From Octopus bimaculoides (Eukaryota): a DNA stretch of 64,000 nucleotides. The stretch's first letter is position 1. Each line of letters starts with the position of its first letter. Below, one piece after another: positions 60,678 through 64,000 of the stretch. The stretch spans positions 11,493,043-11,557,042 of the forward strand of contig NC_068982.1 in NCBI RefSeq assembly GCF_001194135.2, given 5' to 3'. A program made the translations under genes and the position numbers. Under the pieces are notes generated by a model. That model worked only from the letters and a program-made list of their open reading frames with translations, was not told the origin of the DNA and did not search any database.

Positions 60678-63017
60678 ATGAATACATACATGATGGATTT
60701 TACAAAAAAAAAACATTAATAATAAATGTTAGAAATCTTTATTAATGTTCTGTTTTCTCTTTGCTGTGAAATTATCATGTGCATATTTTATTTTAAAATT
60801 ATATTTTTGTGTTCTTATTTTAATTGAATATTGGAACATTATATTGACTAGTTCTTTAAATGGGGAAAAGGAATAAGGTTATAAGTAAACAGTTAATGCA
60901 GTGAAACAAAATATTTTAGTCGCTGAAAGCTTTTCTATGAATTAATAAACAACAACTGTGTCTGAAAGAGTTCATCTAATGCCAATTTTTCTGAATAAAT
61001 TTTTTCCTTCTTTATGAATGTAATAAGTTGAATGCGTAAATTGGTTTAACTACTGGGAACTCAATGACAGCTACTCGACCTAAATACATACATTGCTTTA
61101 AGAGAAAATTGGAATAAAGAAACAGTTTTTAAATAATTCATTGTAGTCATCATAATAATTCCTCCAGAAATGATTAAGCTACGAGTAATGTTACAAGTCT
61201 TTTCTGTTTACTAATTTAAGAAGTCAAATATCCTGTTGTGTATAATAATGTGAATATTTTTGGTTAGTGGAAATTTGGTCATAAAACTCAATAATATATT
61301 ATGATGCAGCTAATATTGTATTTCTGATTATAGAAAGAGGATCAGTTGGTAATAAATTAGCCAATACAGCAGGTGGCATGCTGTGTTAATGCTAAGTATA
61401 TTGTATTTATTGATTTAGGAGAAAGTCAGCCAAGTAGAGTATGATTGGAAAATTATTTCTAGTTTTAAAAATAAGCTATCTTTCAATCAGATAAAAATCC
61501 TGCCATCCAAGCTAATGTATTTTGTCTATTATGTATTTATGTATTACTTATTTATGAACTAATATTTTTGTTATATGCTGTGCTGAAAGAAGATACATTA
61601 CTCCATTCACTTTATTGTATCTTTGCCAGAAGATTGATAATTTAATGAAATATACTGCAGAAGATTTGAATATAATAGAAGATAAGTAATTTTGTACCTC
61701 TGTCAAAAGGCTGTTTCTACTGTTAGCTAAATATACAAATCATAAATATCATACTAAACAATTTGTAGAAGTTACTTTTTAAAATATTTTAAATAAAGTT
61801 ATTCTTTAGACAAAAGGCCTTTTCATATTGAGGTAATATAGTTAAGATAAAAATATGTACATTGCTGATGATTATGTTTTTTTACTCACTCTGAGATAAA
61901 AAGCTAAATTCAAATTGATGGTCACAAGATTTGTAAACAGAATCCCAATTGTAATAATAAATTAATATCCATATCTCCAAACAACAGAGCTCTTTCTTGT
62001 TCTATTGATTAAGATTAGTTTCTCAATGTATTTACCTGATGACTTTAATATAATTTACTTTAAGGGTTAAATATATATTTTTTTATACAGGCCCTGGGCT
62101 GAAAAGTTCATCTATTCAAAAGGCCAGAAAATCTTAAGTTGATCCTAAGAGGACCTAACAAGACTATTTTCAGGGCCATGGAAGTGGGGAGGTCATCTTA
62201 AAATTCCAAAATTTAAAGGTGCTGAGATTTTTTTTTTTTACCAGGAAGAGTCCCTTCACATATTAATGGATCCTGCTTGGTTCTTTGCTCACCTGGACTA
62301 ATGTTCTGACTGACACTAACTAAAACTCTGTGGTGAGTTTTAGTCAAATAAATTCTCTTTATCAATCATGTTTGTCAATATGTATATAGATGTAATTTTA
62401 TATAATGATTACCAGTATCACTTCCATCCTGACATATTCATGGAAGACTTTTAACCTTACAAACAAACAATCACATATCATGTTTCATAACCTACAACTA
62501 GTCTTTGTTGTAGTGAAATAAAAAAGACAAGGCTAAATCTATTTAACCTAGTTATGTTAACCATTGCAGTAGAGAGAACAATTGAACATTTCAAGAGATA
62601 TTTTTTCTCTCCATTCAATTTGAACTAAATCAAAAATTATTCCTCTCGGGTTCCTTTTTTTTTGCAATGAAAGATTCAGTTAGGCCTTGGACAATTTTAT
62701 TTAGCTTAAATGAAGAATAAAAAATAAAACTGCAAATAATGAAACTTTAATAGCTATGTAATAACAACTCCTTTTCTTTGAGAGCCACTGTCAAATGCAG
62801 CTGGATTTTTGTTTACTTTTCCCTGAGAGAGACATAACAGCTAAGAATATCTTACAAACAACATTCAGTGCTTCATCCCTTTATACAAATTCGTGCTACT
62901 GGCTTATTTAACTTATTTCCATTAGCTCATTTTATTTTTTAGATATGGAAATCATATTTTTAACTCTTATTTTATGTGTAAAAATTCTTATCAAATGATC
63001 ATACTTGAGTAGACTAT

Positions 63018-63060
63018 ACTATGCTGATGAAGTCCAGTAAGGTTGAAATATGTCCATAGT
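63018..63060 (+). ncRNA. Minimal type-I hammerhead ribozyme relic
   Basis: ACUAUG CUGAUGA A GUCC-aguaa-GGUU GAAA UAU GUC CAUAGU. It has a perfect 6-bp stem I, an intact core and a GUC cleavage triplet, but a weakened stem II. Confidence 0.6.
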
Positions 63061-63784
63061 TGTCCTTTTGTTGCAAACAAAAATCAGACTTTTCTGCAGG
63101 CTTATAAAGTAACTTTTAAAGATGAATTCTTAACTCTTCCAATCCTATAGTACTTACTCTATATAAATCTCCCAGTCCTGTTAGAAACTAGAAATTTTGA
63201 TAAAATGTATTTAGTCCACTGTAAAAATCATAAAAATATAATGATTTCATGGATTTGGACAAAATTTGTTGATACATTATAATGATTGTTATTGTACATT
63301 GTGAATGTGGTTTTTACATGTTGTGTCACTTTCATTTACCAAGGTAGGTTGACTACAGATAAGGTTTCACATATATTTATCAATTCCTGAGGATCAATTT
63401 CCTGTCTCAGAGCTGAATTTGTGCTCCAGTTAATCATTGTTTCTTGGAAGCTGTCCAACTTTCATTAGAAAAAAGGATTCAGAGATATGCCTTCATTTCC
63501 TTCATTCAAAAATTTTGTAAGGTCCAAATAACTTATTGCAATAATTACACATTCCTCATAAACCTACGAGTATACTGAGGCCCTATGTTTAAGATATATC
63601 ACTAAATTGTATTTTTATTTTTTAATCCTTATCATTCAATAACAAAAAGAGCATCAACGTAGTATCAACTAAATATGATATTCACTTATAATATCCATGT
63701 GTTAACTATATTAATCCATATCTGCTTTATTGTGTCTGATAATATAATATATATATGTATATATCATTACCTACATCAATTTTA

Positions 63785-63969
63785 TAGTCGCCATGATAGA
63801 TCGCTAGCCACTAAACATTTTTTATTTTCTCTCTCTGTTTATTTCTGTGTCCCTTTCTGTTGAAGAGCGTAGGCTCGAAACGTAAAAGACTTTCTTCCTG
63901 AGCGTTAAACTAATACATTTGTTTGTTGTTTACACACCTGTCTTCGTCTTTTGTTTATTTTGTAAATTC

Positions 63970-63972
<3 letters not shown>
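63785..63972 (+). mobile_element. Penelope-like/(TA)n-associated non-autonomous repeat containing a hammerhead-like motif
   Basis: CUUU CUGUUGA A GAGC-guag-GCUC GAAAC GUA AAAG at 63853-63888. The element ends in (TA)n. The CTGNNGAAG...CGAAACGT signature is typical of Penelope-like terminal repeats. Confidence 0.55.

Positions 63973-64000
<28 letters not shown>

Overview
AT-rich, repeat-dense animal DNA. The SINE families, microsatellites and (TA)n-associated repeats resemble those of octopod cephalopods (Octopus); this is by recognition, not a database search. I find no confidently recognisable host protein-coding gene, tRNA or rRNA gene. Every ORF in the track is a microsatellite or N-gap artefact, a chance ORF, or a transposon remnant. 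The window is a transposable-element landscape. It holds three recurrent tRNA-derived SINE families (called A, B and D here) and non-LTR retrotransposon remnants (RTE, R4/Dong, CRE-like, CR1). It also holds DNA-transposon relics and MITEs (Tc1, mariner, Tigger/pogo, hAT with 8-bp TSDs, piggyBac-like with TTAA), two large N gaps and many microsatellites. The most notable signal is three different minimal type-I hammerhead-ribozyme-like motifs (57931-57980, 63018-63060, 63853-63888), one inside a tRNA-headed SINE. Other signals are a twister-like structured segment (12569-12693), three SINEs separated by four copies of one 14-bp target motif (9884-10557), a 39-bp SINE fold-back hairpin (32918-33005) and a run of back-to-back palindromes (30956-31073). 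Boundaries of old, degenerate repeats are approximate.
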